A stretch of 64,000 nucleotides of DNA from NCBI GenBank assembly GCA_035468285.1, contig DATISY010000009.1, positions 1,134 through 65,133 of the forward strand, in the 5' to 3' direction. The notes beneath the pieces are model-generated. The model saw only the letters and a program-made list of their open reading frames with translations. It made no database searches and had not been told where the DNA came from. The stretch comes from Acidimicrobiia bacterium. GTDB lineage: Bacteria; Actinomycetota; Acidimicrobiia; IMCC26256; PALSA-555. The translations under genes were made by a program, and so were the position numbers. This document shows positions 62,383 to 64,000 of this stretch, piece by piece (the first letter of the stretch is position 1; each line of letters begins with the position of its first letter).

Positions 62383-62733
62383 ATGCCGAAGGGAATCTTC
62401 ATCGCCTTGTCCAACGCCGTCAGCAGCGATGTCGACGAGGAATTCAACGACTGGTACGACGCGGTGCACGCCCGGGAGGTGCTGGCGCTCCCCGGCGTCC
62501 GCTCCTTCCGCCGGTTCCGGTTGGCACCCGCGCAGGTGATCCCAGGCGACGAGCGATCCACGCACCAGTACCTGGCGTTGTACGAGCTCGACGTCGAGGA
62601 CTGGGAGTCGTTCGCCGCCGAGAATCAGCAGGCCTTCGTGGACGGCCGCATCACGATCCGGCCCGAGCTGCTCGAGCTCGACCCGATGGTCCTCACCTTG
62701 GTCTTCGAGGAGGTCACGCCCGAGACGACGTAG
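62383..62733 (+). CDS. Small Dabb/EthD-like protein ('NDWYDAVH' motif)
   Basis: ATG 62383 with GAGGAG RBS. 'IFIALSNAVSSDVDEEFNDWYDAVHAREVLALPGVRSFRRF...YLALYEL' parallels the N-half of the 58157 protein. Confidence 0.55.
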   Translation: MPKGIFIALSNAVSSDVDEEFNDWYDAVHAREVLALPGVRSFRRFRLAPAQVIPGDERSTHQYLALYELDVEDWESFAAENQQAFVDGRITIRPELLELDPMVLTLVFEEVTPETT

Positions 62734-62760
62734 GCGTCGGGTTCGCACAGCGCCGACGCC
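62733..62760. terminator. Candidate hairpin between convergent genes
   Basis: 8-bp GC-rich inverted repeat ggcgtcgg (62733-62740) / ccgacgcc (62753-62760) with a 12-nt loop. Weak, no U-tract. Confidence 0.3.
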
Positions 62761-62782
62761 ACGGCCCGCGTCGGCCCGCGCG

Positions 62783-63703
62783 TCACAGGTCCTGGATCGG
62801 TGCCAAGACCTCAGCGGCGAACGTCGTGATGTGCTCCAGGAGGTCTTGCACCGACCGGCCGGGGAGCGTGACGGTCAGGTAGGTGACGCCGAGGCCGGCG
62901 AGGGCGTGGACGCTCTCGAGGACGGGTCCCGGGTCGACGGTGCCGTTCGTGAACATGTCGAGCCCGGACGGCATGAACACCACCTCGAGCGGCTCGGTGC
63001 GCCCGACCGTCGCGGCGTGGGCCCGGGCGTAGTCGAGGCGACGGGCGAGGTCGCCGAGGGAGGCGATCGCCGGGGTATGCAGGCGCCGCTCGGAGCCCGA
63101 CGGGCTGGGCATGGGCATCCACCCGTCGGCCAGCTCGACGGCCCGGCGGATGGCGCGTCGGCTGTTCCCGCCGATCCAGATCGGCGGACCGGGCTGCTGC
63201 GCGGGCGCGGGTTGCATGGTGTTGCCCGTGGCGCGCCATCCGTGTCCCTCGGCGGTCACGCTCTCGCCGGTCCATGCCGCGCGCATGGCGAGGATCGCCT
63301 CGTCGGTGAGCTCGTTGCGGTGTTCGAACTCGACGCCGAGGGCCTCGAACTCCGGCTCGAGGTAGCCGGCGCCGACCCCGACGATGACCCGTCCCTTGGA
63401 GAGCGCGTCCAAGGACGCGATGGCCTTCGCGGAGTGGAACGGGCTCCGGTACGCGAGGACCAGCAGGTTGGTATGGAGACGAAGCCGGGTGGTGGCCGCC
63501 GCCGCGAAGCTCAGCGCGACGAAGGGGTCGAGGGCGTGGTGGCCGCCCGTCGCGAGCCAGCGGTCCGAGGGGAACGGGTGGTCGGTGACGAACACTGCGT
63601 CGAACCCAGCCGTCTCGGCGGCCTGCGCGACCTGCTCGATGCCCGTGGCGGTGGCGACATCGTGGCCGACATGGTGGGTCGGGAGGCCGAGCGACGCCTT
63701 CAT
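62783..63703 (-). CDS. LLM-class F420-dependent oxidoreductase
   Basis: 'AETAGFDAVFVTDHP', 'DALSKGRVIVGVGAGY', 'ADGWMP'. Confidence 0.85.
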   Translation of the reverse strand: MKASLGLPTHHVGHDVATATGIEQVAQAAETAGFDAVFVTDHPFPSDRWLATGGHHALDPFVALSFAAAATTRLRLHTNLLVLAYRSPFHSAKAIASLDALSKGRVIVGVGAGYLEPEFEALGVEFEHRNELTDEAILAMRAAWTGESVTAEGHGWRATGNTMQPAPAQQPGPPIWIGGNSRRAIRRAVELADGWMPMPSPSGSERRLHTPAIASLGDLARRLDYARAHAATVGRTEPLEVVFMPSGLDMFTNGTVDPGPVLESVHALAGLGVTYLTVTLPGRSVQDLLEHITTFAAEVLAPIQDL

Positions 63704-64000
63704 GCGCCCGGTCCCGGCTCGGTCACGCCAAACGAGAACGCCACTCGGTCGAGGGTGAGCGCGGTGGCGGGAAGATCGACGCCGAGCTCGGCGGCGTACT
63801 CCAACGTGACGCGCAGGTCCTTCGTCGCGAGCGCGACGAGGGGCGCGAGGTCGTCGGCGTAGGCGGCGTCGCCGCCGGGGACGGTGAGGAGGTTGCGCAT
63901 CATCGGGCTCAGGGTGCCCGTGTGCTCGAGGATCTCGTTCAGGCGTTCGGGGTCGGTCCCAGCCGCGGCCGCGAGCTCTCGGCCTTCTTGGGCGGCGAGC
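63700..64000 (-). CDS. NAD(P)-dependent oxidoreductase, 3-hydroxyisobutyrate/6-phosphogluconate dehydrogenase family, C-terminal part (5' end outside window)
   Basis: The frame stays open to the window edge ('...AAGTDPERLNEILEHTGTLSPMMRNLL...KDLRVTLEYAAELGVDLP', NAD_binding_11-like). ATGA-type overlap with the downstream LLM gene. Confidence 0.6.
   Translation of the reverse strand, partial: LAAQEGRELAAAAGTDPERLNEILEHTGTLSPMMRNLLTVPGGDAAYADDLAPLVALATKDLRVTLEYAAELGVDLPATALTLDRVAFSFGVTEPGPGA

Noticed and set aside
1-64000. Search by eye for CRISPR arrays, tRNA/rRNA genes, transposases, toxin-antitoxin pairs or known defence-system genes.
   Set aside because: No regularly spaced repeats, no cloverleaf-like or rRNA-like non-coding stretches (the spacers are too short) and no DDE/IS-type proteins were seen. 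This absence rests on visual inspection only. tRNAscan, Infernal and a repeat finder would be decisive.

Overview
Very GC-rich, gene-dense chromosomal segment (about 58 CDS, many with 4-nt ATGA/GTGA start-stop overlaps). The only sizeable gap is 229-604. All family calls rest on motifs read by eye from the supplied translations; no database or HMM search was run. The gene content looks like an Actinomycetota lipid / sterol-side-chain-type catabolic supercluster (inference from F420-type LLM oxidoreductases, mycobacterial-style ACAD pairs and a HisN-like IMPase). It holds six ANL acyl-CoA ligases (one partial, one with degenerate catalytic motifs), five acyl-CoA dehydrogenase genes (one FadE34-like double-domain fusion, one split pair), a true thiolase and a thiolase-like/DUF35 pair. 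It also holds a P450 with a 3Fe-4S ferredoxin, a family III CoA-transferase, an orphan carboxyltransferase, seven SDRs, four LLM oxidoreductases, three PF04909-type amidohydrolases and a D-aminoacylase. Other modules are an Rrf2-regulated NitT/TauT-type ABC importer, a gamma-glutamylation module (GS-like ligase plus C26 amidohydrolase) and a Ppx/GppA phosphatase. The most distinctive element is a two-gene Family-1 encapsulin operon (EncFtn cargo at 41555-41917, shell at 40752-41558). It sits next to OsmC and VOC genes. I saw no rRNA, tRNA, CRISPR array or transposase. The only mobility-type gene is one short tyrosine recombinase with an atypical active-site box. The many long Arg/Pro/Gly-rich ORFs in alternative frames are treated as GC artefacts.
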